Part shown: positions 23,195 through 32,115 of the stretch, one piece after another | Layout of the letters: each line of letters begins with the position of its first letter | Numbering within the stretch: position 1 is the first letter of the stretch | Virus record (IMG/VR): IMGVR_UViG_3300037755_000165 | Coordinates: 1-39,206 of that record | Reading direction: 5' to 3' (one strand) | Length of the DNA: 39,206 nt | Source: a virus | Lineage: Duplodnaviria; Caudoviricetes | Made by a program: the position numbers and the translations under genes | The notes under the pieces: model-generated | What the model saw: the letters and a program-made list of their open reading frames with translations, nothing else | Told to the model about the DNA's origin: nothing | Databases searched by the model: none

Positions 23195-24154
23195 ATGCCA
23201 GTCAACGCATTCTCGAACTACCCGAGCGGTTTCAGCCACGGCGTAACGCTGCACGGCCTGCCTGTTCTCAATGTCCACTTCGGCAATGTCTGGTGGGTTC
23301 ATAGCGTCTCCGGGACAAATACTGGCGGTGCGAACGGCTCTCGAAACCAGCCGTTTGCCACCCTGGATTACGCAATCGGGAAATCTGGGGACAACGGTGG
23401 CGCCAACAACGGCGACATCATCATGGTCGGCCCGAATCACGCCGAGACGATTACGGGGGCCGGCGGCATCACGGCGGACGTAGCCGGACAGTCGATCATC
23501 GGTATGGGCACGTACAACCAGCGCCCGCGTTTCCTGATGGATGGTGGGACGGCCGTAACGGCCGCAGTCTCTGCTGCAGATGTGACATTCAGCAATCTCG
23601 TGTTCGCTGCCGGACATAGCGACATCGTTACCTGCTTCAATGTCAGTGCTGTCGGCTGCACTCTGGATCGTGTCGAGTTCGCCGATAACACGACGGACGA
23701 GGACTGGCTGGTATGCGTCAAAGCACTCGGCGCCGACAACACGGCAGACGGTCTGAAGGTGGTCAATTCCCGGTGGGTGTCTCCAGACGCAGGAGCTACA
23801 GAGATGGTCGAGATTACCGGCAACCTCGCCGATCTGGTGCTCGCCCACAACTTCGTTTCTCACCTTGGCGTAGCCTCGCCGATCGTCCAGTCGCTCACCA
23901 CGAAGAACATCACCAATGCCCTGATCGTATGGAACTACATCATGCATCGCGGGGCGGATGGCACCGATCTTCTCATCGACAACGGCGGCTCCAGCAACAG
24001 CGGCATCGTCGCACACAACCGCGTAGGACACGCCGATGCGACTAGCACTCACATCATGGGCGCTGCGACTGGTTTGAGGTTCTTCGACAACCTCTCCACG
24101 TCCGTTGCCACCGCTTCCGGCTTCGTCCTGCCGGCGATTGATGTGGATTCCTAA
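23195..24154 (+). CDS. Beta-helix virion appendage (head spike/fibre-like)
   Basis: WWVHSVSG...QPFATLDYAI...GDIIMV pectin-lyase-like entry motif followed by Asn-rich repeats; AAGGAG RBS. Confidence 0.65.
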   Translation: MPVNAFSNYPSGFSHGVTLHGLPVLNVHFGNVWWVHSVSGTNTGGANGSRNQPFATLDYAIGKSGDNGGANNGDIIMVGPNHAETITGAGGITADVAGQSIIGMGTYNQRPRFLMDGGTAVTAAVSAADVTFSNLVFAAGHSDIVTCFNVSAVGCTLDRVEFADNTTDEDWLVCVKALGADNTADGLKVVNSRWVSPDAGATEMVEITGNLADLVLAHNFVSHLGVASPIVQSLTTKNITNALIVWNYIMHRGADGTDLLIDNGGSSNSGIVAHNRVGHADATSTHIMGAATGLRFFDNLSTSVATASGFVLPAIDVDS

Positions 24155-24180
24155 GATCAACGTGACCATTTGAGGTTTTC

Positions 24181-24957
24181 ATGGAAACTCAGACCTTCGA
24201 CACTAAGCCCCTCTATCGGCCGGATCAACTGCAGACGGCGAAAGAGGAAATCCGGTCCCTGGAATCCAAGCTCGCCAATCCTCTCATCCAGGACAAGGGC
24301 GAGGTCGGCAAGCAGTTGCGCCGGGCCAAGCACGTAACGGCGCTCCAGACGCCGGAGCCGCCTGCCACCGTCGAGGAAGAAGGCCGGATGGTCGCGCGCA
24401 GCAAGTCGTTGCTGTCCGACATCCTGCAGGGCATGCCTTCCCATGAGGAGATGCGCAAGTCTCCCCCTGGGGCGATCGACAAGCACCGCCACTGGGAGAG
24501 TCGCAACAAGGCGAAGATCCTCGAATGGAAGAACCTGCAGCTGCGGCTGACTTCCGGTTCAGGGGATCGAGAAGTCGCCAATCTGGAACGGCATCGCCCG
24601 CACGCCTCCACGCTGAACATGGACACCACGTTCATTCAGGGCAAGAACTTCTTCATGCCGGAGACTTCCGGGCCGGCTGTGGTTTTCAGTGACGCTCAAC
24701 TTGCTGTTCTGCGCAAGATGTCGCCGCAACTGGCCGATGCGCTCGCCATGATGACGAACGTCCAGCGGCAGGAAGTGAAGGAAGCCATCAGCGGCATCGG
24801 CCTTGCGGAGCCATCGCAGGCGTCAATCGACGGCAAGCGCGGCGTCGAGAAGCGTGATGCGAAGAAACGGCAACTGAGCGAGTCCCAGAAGGCGGCTATG
24901 GCTGCTGGCCGGGCTGCGGCAGCGAAGCGCAAGGCAGAGAAGGCTGCTAAGGCATGA
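24181..24957 (+). CDS. Hypothetical protein
   Basis: GAGG RBS; basic C-terminus. Confidence 0.65.
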   Translation: METQTFDTKPLYRPDQLQTAKEEIRSLESKLANPLIQDKGEVGKQLRRAKHVTALQTPEPPATVEEEGRMVARSKSLLSDILQGMPSHEEMRKSPPGAIDKHRHWESRNKAKILEWKNLQLRLTSGSGDREVANLERHRPHASTLNMDTTFIQGKNFFMPETSGPAVVFSDAQLAVLRKMSPQLADALAMMTNVQRQEVKEAISGIGLAEPSQASIDGKRGVEKRDAKKRQLSESQKAAMAAGRAAAAKRKAEKAAKA

Positions 24958-25526
24958 GCACGCCAGATGGGACCAAGGTCCTAGACATTCACGGCAGGTA
25001 CTACGAGGCGAGCCAGCGCGGGAATCTATTCGTAGCGCACGCCATCGTCACCGCGCCAGTGGTCTACACGACCGAGGCTGGCACTGGCGGGCCGTTGCTG
25101 TGGAACGGTTCCGGCGTCGCCACGAACCCTGGAGCCAAGGTCAAGGCGAATATCCTGGCAGTGGGATTCGGAGTGACCACCGTCACCACGGTTGCTGCCG
25201 CTCTCGGATTCACTGGCGGGGATGCGCAAACAGCGGCCCCGACTACGACGACCGCAATCGACAGCACTTCCAATCTGCTCATCGGCGGTGACGCATCGCG
25301 CTGCACTGCGTATCGGGTAGGAACCACGGTGGAAAACAAGTTCTTCATACCCTTCGCCCATGTGCATACCGGGGCTCTGACCGTGGATACGACAGGCGTC
25401 CAATGGATCGACTTCGGCGGAATGATTACTGTCGAGCCCGACAGTTTCGTGTCGATTGCAGCATCGGCCACGGCCTCGACGCTCGTTGCGTCGATTAGCC
25501 TCATCTGGGAAGAAGTTCCGGTCTAA
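24954..25526 (+). CDS. Putative virion structural protein
   Basis: Thr/Ala/Gly-rich beta protein in the structural operon. Confidence 0.55.
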   Translation: MSTPDGTKVLDIHGRYYEASQRGNLFVAHAIVTAPVVYTTEAGTGGPLLWNGSGVATNPGAKVKANILAVGFGVTTVTTVAAALGFTGGDAQTAAPTTTTAIDSTSNLLIGGDASRCTAYRVGTTVENKFFIPFAHVHTGALTVDTTGVQWIDFGGMITVEPDSFVSIAASATASTLVASISLIWEEVPV

Positions 25527-25542
25527 TTTATGGGAGCGGTAG

Positions 25543-26535
25543 TTGAGCACTACGTCGCAGCTAACCGACTTCTCTGACCTCTACACCGATCTCCAGAACA
25601 GGGTAAGGGCACAGACCGGAGTCACGGCAACCGAGAATCAGGCAAAGCGATACCTCAATATCGCGTTGCATGACATGCACATCGGTTTCGAGTACCGCTT
25701 TCCTTGGGCGGAACGCTCGGCACGTCTTCTCACGCAGGCTGAGTACACGACCGGGACTGTCACGGCGACGAAGGGCTCGACCACGATTACCGGGACGAGC
25801 ACGCTCTGGGACACGAACAACGACTTCACCGTGAAGAACATGCGGGCGAACGGGAAGATCCGCATTGCCGGGAGCCTGACGCCCTACGTCATCAGTTCGG
25901 TGACGAATGACACCACGGCCGTCCTGACGAGCAAGTTCACGGAAACGACCGTGACGGACGAGACGTATGTGTACTACGAGGACGAGTACGACCTGGCGAG
26001 CGACTTCCTTCGCCCGGTGGACATGCAGCAGTTCTCGGATCAGATGTCGATCGAGTTGATCGGCAGGACCGAGTTTCGCAGGCGCTACCCGGTGAACGCG
26101 ACGACTGGCCGGCCGACTGTCGCCACGCTCATTGACTCGGCGCCCTCGGGCAACACGACGCCGGTTCGCCGGGTGAAGTTCTACAAGCCGCCCTCGACCG
26201 CGATGAACATTCCGTACACGTACATCACGTCCAGCCTTGCGGTGAGTTCGGCAGGGGCGGCGCAGGCGAATATGTCTGCCGCCTCGGACGAGCCGATCGT
26301 TCCGCTGCGCTACCGGCATGCACTGGTCTTTCATGCCCTGACGCACTGGTACAGGGACAAAAAGGACGACGTTCGCATGGAAGCGGCCAAGGGCGAGTAC
26401 ACGGACCTGATGCTGCGGATTGTGAGCGACGTGGAGGTAGGGGGAGTGAGGCCGCAAATCCGGCCGCGGGTGTCCGAGTACCGCCGTAGCGCCAATCGGC
26501 CGTGGGGCGGGCGTTCATTCACCCCGGGATCCTGA
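25543..26535 (+). CDS. Head-tail adaptor protein (with an inserted beta domain)
   Basis: Helical ends FSDLYTDLQNRV...AKRYLNIAL and EPIVPLRYRHALVFHAL; internal GTVTATKGSTTITGTSTLW domain. Confidence 0.7.
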   Translation: MSTTSQLTDFSDLYTDLQNRVRAQTGVTATENQAKRYLNIALHDMHIGFEYRFPWAERSARLLTQAEYTTGTVTATKGSTTITGTSTLWDTNNDFTVKNMRANGKIRIAGSLTPYVISSVTNDTTAVLTSKFTETTVTDETYVYYEDEYDLASDFLRPVDMQQFSDQMSIELIGRTEFRRRYPVNATTGRPTVATLIDSAPSGNTTPVRRVKFYKPPSTAMNIPYTYITSSLAVSSAGAAQANMSAASDEPIVPLRYRHALVFHALTHWYRDKKDDVRMEAAKGEYTDLMLRIVSDVEVGGVRPQIRPRVSEYRRSANRPWGGRSFTPGS

Positions 26536-28136
26536 TGGCTGCCCTGAGAACCCTGACGCTGCGACACTTCTTCGGTGGCGGGTACGCGACCGACTTTGGG
26601 CCATCGGCTGACGTATCCCCAGACGCTTCGGGGAAGGTGACGATTCCGTTCCTGGTCGATGCCGACGACGTGCTGTTCGAACTGGATGGGGGTCCCAGAA
26701 AGGCCGGCGGGGCCTCGAAGGTCAATTCCTCGGCCCTCGAGTCAGGGGCAAAGATCATGGGGGTGTACGACTACTGGCGGCAGGGAGGATCCGGCGCCCC
26801 TTCCAGAAGGCGGGTTGTGCATTGCGGAACGAAGGTGCTGGCAGATACGGACGACGCCTCTTTCGTCACCGAACTGGCGACCGGGTTCCAGTCCGGGGCG
26901 GTCCCGTCCTACTCGACCTTCGACGACCTGCTGATCTTCTCCTCGGACTCGACCGTGGATGTCCCGCGGTCCTGGGACCAGACCACGGCCCAGAACCTCG
27001 CAGGAAGCCCGCCACGCTTCTCCTTCTCGGTGTCGCACAAGAACCGCCTCTGGGCTGCTGGCGTGTACGCCAACCCCTCCAGGCTGTACTACAGCAGCAA
27101 TACGGACCCGGAGGACTGGACGACTACCGGGGGCTCGATCGACATCGACCCGAACGACGGGGACATCATCACCGGGCTGGTTAGCCACAAGGACGAGCTC
27201 TGGGTCCACAAGGGCCCGAACAAGGGCTCCATTCACCGGATCACCGGCTCGAGTCCTACCGGGTCGGACGGATTCGCCCGCAAGAACTTCGTTGTGGGGC
27301 TGGGGGCATGCTGGCACAACGCCATCTTCCGATTTGCCGATGACATCGGGTTCGTCAGCCAGTACGGCTCGGTGCATAGCCTTGCGGCGACCGCGGCGTA
27401 CGGGGACTTCTTCCAGGCCAGCCTTTCCCGGCCGATCAACAACGGCTGGATCAAGGCGAATCTGAACTACAACCGGCTGCGGAACGTGTCCGCGGCTACG
27501 GACCCCCTTTCCGGGCTGGTGTTCATCACTGGCTCGTGGTCCGGGGCGACCTCGAACAACAAGGTCATGGTCATGGATTTCAGGAGCGCCCCGGACATCA
27601 TCCGATGGTCGAAGATCAACTCCTACGCGGCTGCAAGCCTTGGGCTGTTCGTGGATACGAGCGGCCTTCGGAGGATCTTGGCCGGCGGGAATGACGGCTT
27701 CGTGCGGCGTTTGAACATTGCGGACAGGTCCATCGACGGAACGACTGGACTGGCCTACAGGATCACGACCCCGAAGCTGAACTACGGGCAAGCGATGACG
27801 ATGAAGACCCTTGAGCGTGGGGCTATCGGCATTGCGCCGAAAGGAAACCACAACTTCACTTTCGGCTGGACGCGGGACGATAACGCCGAGCAAACGCTGA
27901 CTATGGCTCAAGGTGGTGGAGACGTACTCGGGCCAGCCTCAGCCAATCAGTTCACGTTGAATACCTCCACTCTTGGAGGCGCGTCCTTCGTTGATGTCTT
28001 CCACGAATTCAACGAACAAGGCGGGGAAATGCGCAGCGTGAGCTATAAAATCACGGATAGCGTGAACATGCAGGACTTGGAGCTACATTCGATAACGGCT
28101 GCAGTACACATAGACGCCGAAAGCACAGAAAATTGA
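26535..28136 (+). CDS. Tail nozzle/tubular protein (beta-propeller)
   Basis: HKNRLWAAG...SRLYYS...PEDW and DGDIITGL propeller motifs; follows the adaptor. Confidence 0.75.
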   Translation: MAALRTLTLRHFFGGGYATDFGPSADVSPDASGKVTIPFLVDADDVLFELDGGPRKAGGASKVNSSALESGAKIMGVYDYWRQGGSGAPSRRRVVHCGTKVLADTDDASFVTELATGFQSGAVPSYSTFDDLLIFSSDSTVDVPRSWDQTTAQNLAGSPPRFSFSVSHKNRLWAAGVYANPSRLYYSSNTDPEDWTTTGGSIDIDPNDGDIITGLVSHKDELWVHKGPNKGSIHRITGSSPTGSDGFARKNFVVGLGACWHNAIFRFADDIGFVSQYGSVHSLAATAAYGDFFQASLSRPINNGWIKANLNYNRLRNVSAATDPLSGLVFITGSWSGATSNNKVMVMDFRSAPDIIRWSKINSYAAASLGLFVDTSGLRRILAGGNDGFVRRLNIADRSIDGTTGLAYRITTPKLNYGQAMTMKTLERGAIGIAPKGNHNFTFGWTRDDNAEQTLTMAQGGGDVLGPASANQFTLNTSTLGGASFVDVFHEFNEQGGEMRSVSYKITDSVNMQDLELHSITAAVHIDAESTEN

Positions 28137-28137
28137 C

Positions 28138-28860
28138 ATGACCAAGACATGCACGAAATGCGGTGTTACCAAACCAGTGGATGCGTTTCACAAGCATCCG
28201 CGCGGTGCCTTTGGTGTTATGTCTCGTTGTAAGTCCTGTGCGTCTTTGTACGCGAAAGCGCGATATCCAGTAAAAAAAGAATATTTCGCAGCCAAATTTC
28301 AAGAGTATTACCAGCGCAACCATGAACATTGCTTGGAGAAAGCGAAGGAATGGAGGCTGGCGAATCTTGATAGAACTAAGACAGCTCTGTCCAAATGGAG
28401 GGCAGAAAATAAACCTAGAACTAGACAGCATGCGAAATCGTGGCAGGCTAAGAATAAAGATGCAGTTCAAGCCATTAAGCGTGCTTGGACCAAAAGAAAT
28501 CCCGGATACCAAAAAGAATACTATGAGAAAAACAAAGATAGGATCACCGCGAGAACTGTTGCGTGGCAAGAAGCGCATCCTGAAAGAGCGGCAGCATTCC
28601 TGCGAGCCAATAGAGCGAAGAGACAGGATGCATTCGTCGAGCATGTAGATCCCGCTGTCGTATACGAGCGTGACATGGGTCTCTGTCAAATCTGTGGGCT
28701 GCCGATTGAGAACGATGATTTTCATCTAGACCATCGCATTCCGTTTGCGCATGGTGGACAACATAGTTACGAGAATTGCCAAAGCGCACACGCAGTTTGC
28801 AACATGAGGAAACACAGCAAACTTCCTGAATATTGCGCGCATCTTTGGAGGAGATCGTAA
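28138..28860 (+). CDS. HNH homing endonuclease
   Basis: KTCTKC...CKSC N-terminus, helical repeats, RDMGLCQICG...HLDHRIP...GGQH...NCQSAHAVCN; AT-rich. Confidence 0.9.
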   Translation: MTKTCTKCGVTKPVDAFHKHPRGAFGVMSRCKSCASLYAKARYPVKKEYFAAKFQEYYQRNHEHCLEKAKEWRLANLDRTKTALSKWRAENKPRTRQHAKSWQAKNKDAVQAIKRAWTKRNPGYQKEYYEKNKDRITARTVAWQEAHPERAAAFLRANRAKRQDAFVEHVDPAVVYERDMGLCQICGLPIENDDFHLDHRIPFAHGGQHSYENCQSAHAVCNMRKHSKLPEYCAHLWRRS

Positions 28861-30230
28861 TGGCTCTTGCGGTCTATAAAACTTATTCCTCGGGAGAAAT
28901 CCTACTCGCGTCGGACTTGAACTCCAGCTTTTCGACGATTCACGATAACGCCATCTCCCTGATCTCCCCGATCACGGGAACGCTCGACCTGAACGGCAAT
29001 GAGTTTATTCTGGATGTCGATGGGGATACTTCTTTAACAGCCGATACTGACGACCGCGCGGATATGCGGCTCGGTGGGGTTGACGTATTCAGATTCGATG
29101 GCACTACTGCGTCTGTCGTCAACGGCATTGACTTCGTAGGAACCATCACAGGAACCAGGGCACGGCTAGTAGCCACTGGCGATACGAATATAGGTATTTC
29201 TATCCGCGCCAAAGGCACTGCGGCTGGTGCCACAACGGTCATTGAGGATGGCAGTGGCAATGAAATACTGATTGCAGACATTGCCACCGCCTCTGCCGTG
29301 AATGAGGTTACGGTCACTAACGCTGCGACCAGCAACCGGCCCAGGATTGCGGCATCCGGTGAAACGAACGTCGGTTTAGCATTGCGACCGAAAGGGACTG
29401 GCGCTGGCGCTTCTGTTGTACTCGAGGATGGAAGTGGGAACGAAGTCCTGATTTGCGGTGTAGCTACCGCATCGGCTGTCAATGAATTGACCGTTACAAA
29501 CGCAGCAACCGGCACTGGTCCGACGTTATCGGTCACAGGCGGCGACACCCACATCGACCTCAATCTCACGCCCAAGGGAGACGGTCTTGTGCGCGGTGTT
29601 ATCCCGACTGGCGCCGTGGTGCCCTACGTCGGTTCGAGCGCACCGACAGGTTGGGTGCTACTTGCCGGCAAGACGATGGGCAACGCTTCATCAGGAGGTA
29701 CAGAGCGCGCGAACGCCGACACGGTCACGCTCTACACGCTGCTGTGGAACAGCATGGCGGATGCCGAGGCGCCAGTCTCTACTGGGCGCGGTGCTAGCGC
29801 GGCTGCGGACTACGCGGCGAACAAAACTATCACGCTGCCTGATGCGCGTGGCCGCTCGATCTTCGGCAAGGACGACATGGGCGGCTCGGCAGCCAGTCGA
29901 GTCACTACTGCCGAATCTGGAATCGACGCAGATACGCTCGGCATAGCTGGAGGCGATCAACGTTTGAGTCAGCACTTGCACGCGGCCGGTACACTGGCAG
30001 CCTCTGGAGATGGCAGCCACCAGCACGCATATCTGCTCGGAAACGCAATCGGTAGCGGCAGAGACATCATTGACGCTGGCGGCGATGTTGGTGGAGCAAA
30101 TTTCCCTGACTCTGGGGCCAATGGAACGCATTCGCACGCGCTTACCGGCTCGACTGCGAACACCGGCAGCAACACCACGTCCGCCAACATGCCGCCGGCG
30201 TTGATCCTCAACATGATTTGCAGACTGTGA
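28860..30230 (+). CDS. Tail fibre with a tail-collar domain
   Basis: GEILLASDLN N-terminus, ~60-aa internal repeats, collar motif PTGAVVPY....PTGW...LPDARGR, C-terminal NMPP. Confidence 0.8.
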   Translation: MALAVYKTYSSGEILLASDLNSSFSTIHDNAISLISPITGTLDLNGNEFILDVDGDTSLTADTDDRADMRLGGVDVFRFDGTTASVVNGIDFVGTITGTRARLVATGDTNIGISIRAKGTAAGATTVIEDGSGNEILIADIATASAVNEVTVTNAATSNRPRIAASGETNVGLALRPKGTGAGASVVLEDGSGNEVLICGVATASAVNELTVTNAATGTGPTLSVTGGDTHIDLNLTPKGDGLVRGVIPTGAVVPYVGSSAPTGWVLLAGKTMGNASSGGTERANADTVTLYTLLWNSMADAEAPVSTGRGASAAADYAANKTITLPDARGRSIFGKDDMGGSAASRVTTAESGIDADTLGIAGGDQRLSQHLHAAGTLAASGDGSHQHAYLLGNAIGSGRDIIDAGGDVGGANFPDSGANGTHSHALTGSTANTGSNTTSANMPPALILNMICRL

Positions 30231-30250
30231 TGAGCGCAAGGTCGAAGATG

Positions 30251-30589
30251 CTATCGCGGCGCGCAGGATTGCATGAGCCTCATGCATGGTCCTCGTTGGC
30301 CAGAGTACGTGATTCGAACGACTTTGTTTTCGTTGAGGACCAATGACACATTGCACGATAAATGGAGATTGCTGAAGGTGTACATCCCGGGAGCGGATTG
30401 CGTCATCACTGGACTAACAATCAAGTTGCTGTAGGCCATCACATGCATATTTCCCTCAACCGCCTCACCTTGAGGAACACCAGCACATGCAAGAAGTTGC
30501 GCTCTGCTCATGCCCAGTATGCCCTGCGTGTACTGAGTTGGTATCGCGCAGCCAGCGATCAAGGACAGCAGAGCGATGACTAGCCTCAT
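30251..30589 (-). CDS. Antisense lipoprotein (moron, possible superinfection exclusion)
   Basis: Signal peptide MRLVIALLSL with lipobox IAGC; GMSRAQLLACAGVP resembles the SmpA/OmlA-like motif. Confidence 0.7.
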   Translation of the reverse strand: MRLVIALLSLIAGCAIPTQYTQGILGMSRAQLLACAGVPQGEAVEGNMHVMAYSNLIVSPVMTQSAPGMYTFSNLHLSCNVSLVLNENKVVRITYSGQRGPCMRLMQSCAPR

Positions 30590-30597
30590 GGCACAGG

Positions 30598-30625
30598 AGC
30601 ATACGCCAGTTGTGCAAGCAGTCAA
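30598..30625 (-). promoter_or_regulatory. Sigma70 promoter for the lipoprotein gene
   Basis: Minus strand TTGACT-16 nt-TATGCT, 8 nt before ATG 30589; no operator. Confidence 0.55.
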
Positions 30626-30659
30626 GCCCTCGCGCGCCCAAGTTGTCAGGGATTCCGTG

Positions 30660-31055
30660 GTGATCCGGCTTGCAACCAATGAGGCAGGCCCTTTGATCGC
30701 CGAGATCCTGAAGGAGAACGACATCGAGTTGAACGGGGCTGACTGGTCTAAGGTGTTCCCGCACTGGCTGATCGCCACGGTGGACGATGAGGTAATTGGC
30801 TGCTGCCAGGTAGTCGTCTCCAAGCCTGTCGGTTACTTGGAGTTCCTGCTGGTGAGGCCGTCTGTCAGCTTCAAGCTCCGGGCGGTTGCTCTGCGGAAGC
30901 TCGCCATTCAAGGTATGGCGACCCTGTACCACGGCGGGGCGCAGTACGTGGCAGGGATGGTTGCCGTCAAGGATCAGAAGTTTCTCGATGTGATCGAGAA
31001 GCTGAACGTGAAGCCGCTCTACACCGCGCACTTGGTAGTTAAGAGACTCGCATGA
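30660..31055 (+). CDS. GNAT-fold protein preceding the ejection proteins
   Basis: IRLAT...WLIATVDDEVIGC...LEFLLVRP. Start uncertain: GTG 30657/30660 with AGGGA RBS, or ATG 30576. Confidence 0.7.
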   Translation: MIRLATNEAGPLIAEILKENDIELNGADWSKVFPHWLIATVDDEVIGCCQVVVSKPVGYLEFLLVRPSVSFKLRAVALRKLAIQGMATLYHGGAQYVAGMVAVKDQKFLDVIEKLNVKPLYTAHLVVKRLA

Positions 31056-32113
31056 GCACGAAGACCAAAGTTCAGAACGCACCGCCGACCGCTCAAGAAA
31101 CGGAGTTGATGGCGCTGCAGAAGGAGTTGGCTACACGTCAGCTTGCGCAGATCGACGAACTCCAGCCGTTCCAGTCTGAACTTGTACGGCAGTCGATGGC
31201 GGAATTGGAACGGCAAGGGAAAATATCTGCGGCGATTGGCGCGGCTGTAACCCCTGAGCAGGAGGCCGAGCAGTACAAGGCGGATTTCGAGCGCTCGCAA
31301 CGCCTCGGCCCAATCCAGGACGAACTGCTGCAGCTTCAACTGGAGGCGGCAAGGCAGGGCGGGAAGCCGACAGATGAGCAACTGGCGCTCATCAAAGAAG
31401 CCACTGACAGGGGCATTGAGTCCGGGACTGCGGACATTGATCTGTCCACGAAAGGCGGCATCGGGCTTATCTCAGACGAGCTTGCGAACTCCCGCGGACT
31501 TCGCCTATCTGACTCCCCGATCATGAACGAGGCCGGGAATCTGGTCGCCGGCTCGGAGGACTTGAAGGCGAACCTCATCAGGAGCATGCGGGCGAACGAG
31601 GCCACTGCAGCATTGAACTACCCTCTTGCAGCAGCCGGAGTAACGAGCGGGATAAATTTTAATCAGCAGAATCTCGCCGAGCAGTCAAAGGCGTTCCAAG
31701 CAGAACTGCGACAACGGGCTTTTCAGAATCGGCTCGCCTTCACCGGGCAGACCGGGCAATCCGGGCTTGGGCTTGCTTCTGCGAGTAGGACCCCGATGCA
31801 GAGTTTCGGCGGCGGCGGTCAGAATTCCAGCAAGAGCGGCATCGGATTGACGGAAGCGGCACAGATTGCTAGTGCTGCGTATGGCGCCTATTCGGCCTAC
31901 ACGGCTGCCGCTGCTTCGGATCGCCGTCTGAAGACGGACATCAAGCGCGTCGGTGAACTGCCTTCCGGCATCCCGGTTTACGAGTTCCGCTTCATCGGGA
32001 CCGAGGACGTACACCGCGGAGTCATGGCCGACGAAGTGCTGCCCGTCATTCCAGAGGCCGTCCTGACGGACGAGGACGGCTACTACATGGTGCGGTACGA
32101 CTTGCTGAGGTAG
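31052..32113 (+). CDS. DNA ejection/pilot protein with a C-terminal peptidase S74 chaperone domain
   Basis: Gln/Ala-rich helical body, then SDRRLKTDI...GVMADEV....PEAV...GYYMVRY. Confidence 0.75.
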   Translation: MSTKTKVQNAPPTAQETELMALQKELATRQLAQIDELQPFQSELVRQSMAELERQGKISAAIGAAVTPEQEAEQYKADFERSQRLGPIQDELLQLQLEAARQGGKPTDEQLALIKEATDRGIESGTADIDLSTKGGIGLISDELANSRGLRLSDSPIMNEAGNLVAGSEDLKANLIRSMRANEATAALNYPLAAAGVTSGINFNQQNLAEQSKAFQAELRQRAFQNRLAFTGQTGQSGLGLASASRTPMQSFGGGGQNSSKSGIGLTEAAQIASAAYGAYSAYTAAAASDRRLKTDIKRVGELPSGIPVYEFRFIGTEDVHRGVMADEVLPVIPEAVLTDEDGYYMVRYDLLR

Positions 32114-32115
32114 AC

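Noticed and set aside
10599-30674. 15-nt identity GTGATCCGGCTTGCA at 10599 and 30660
   Set aside because: About one such match is expected by chance in 39 kb, and the second copy does not form the hairpin.
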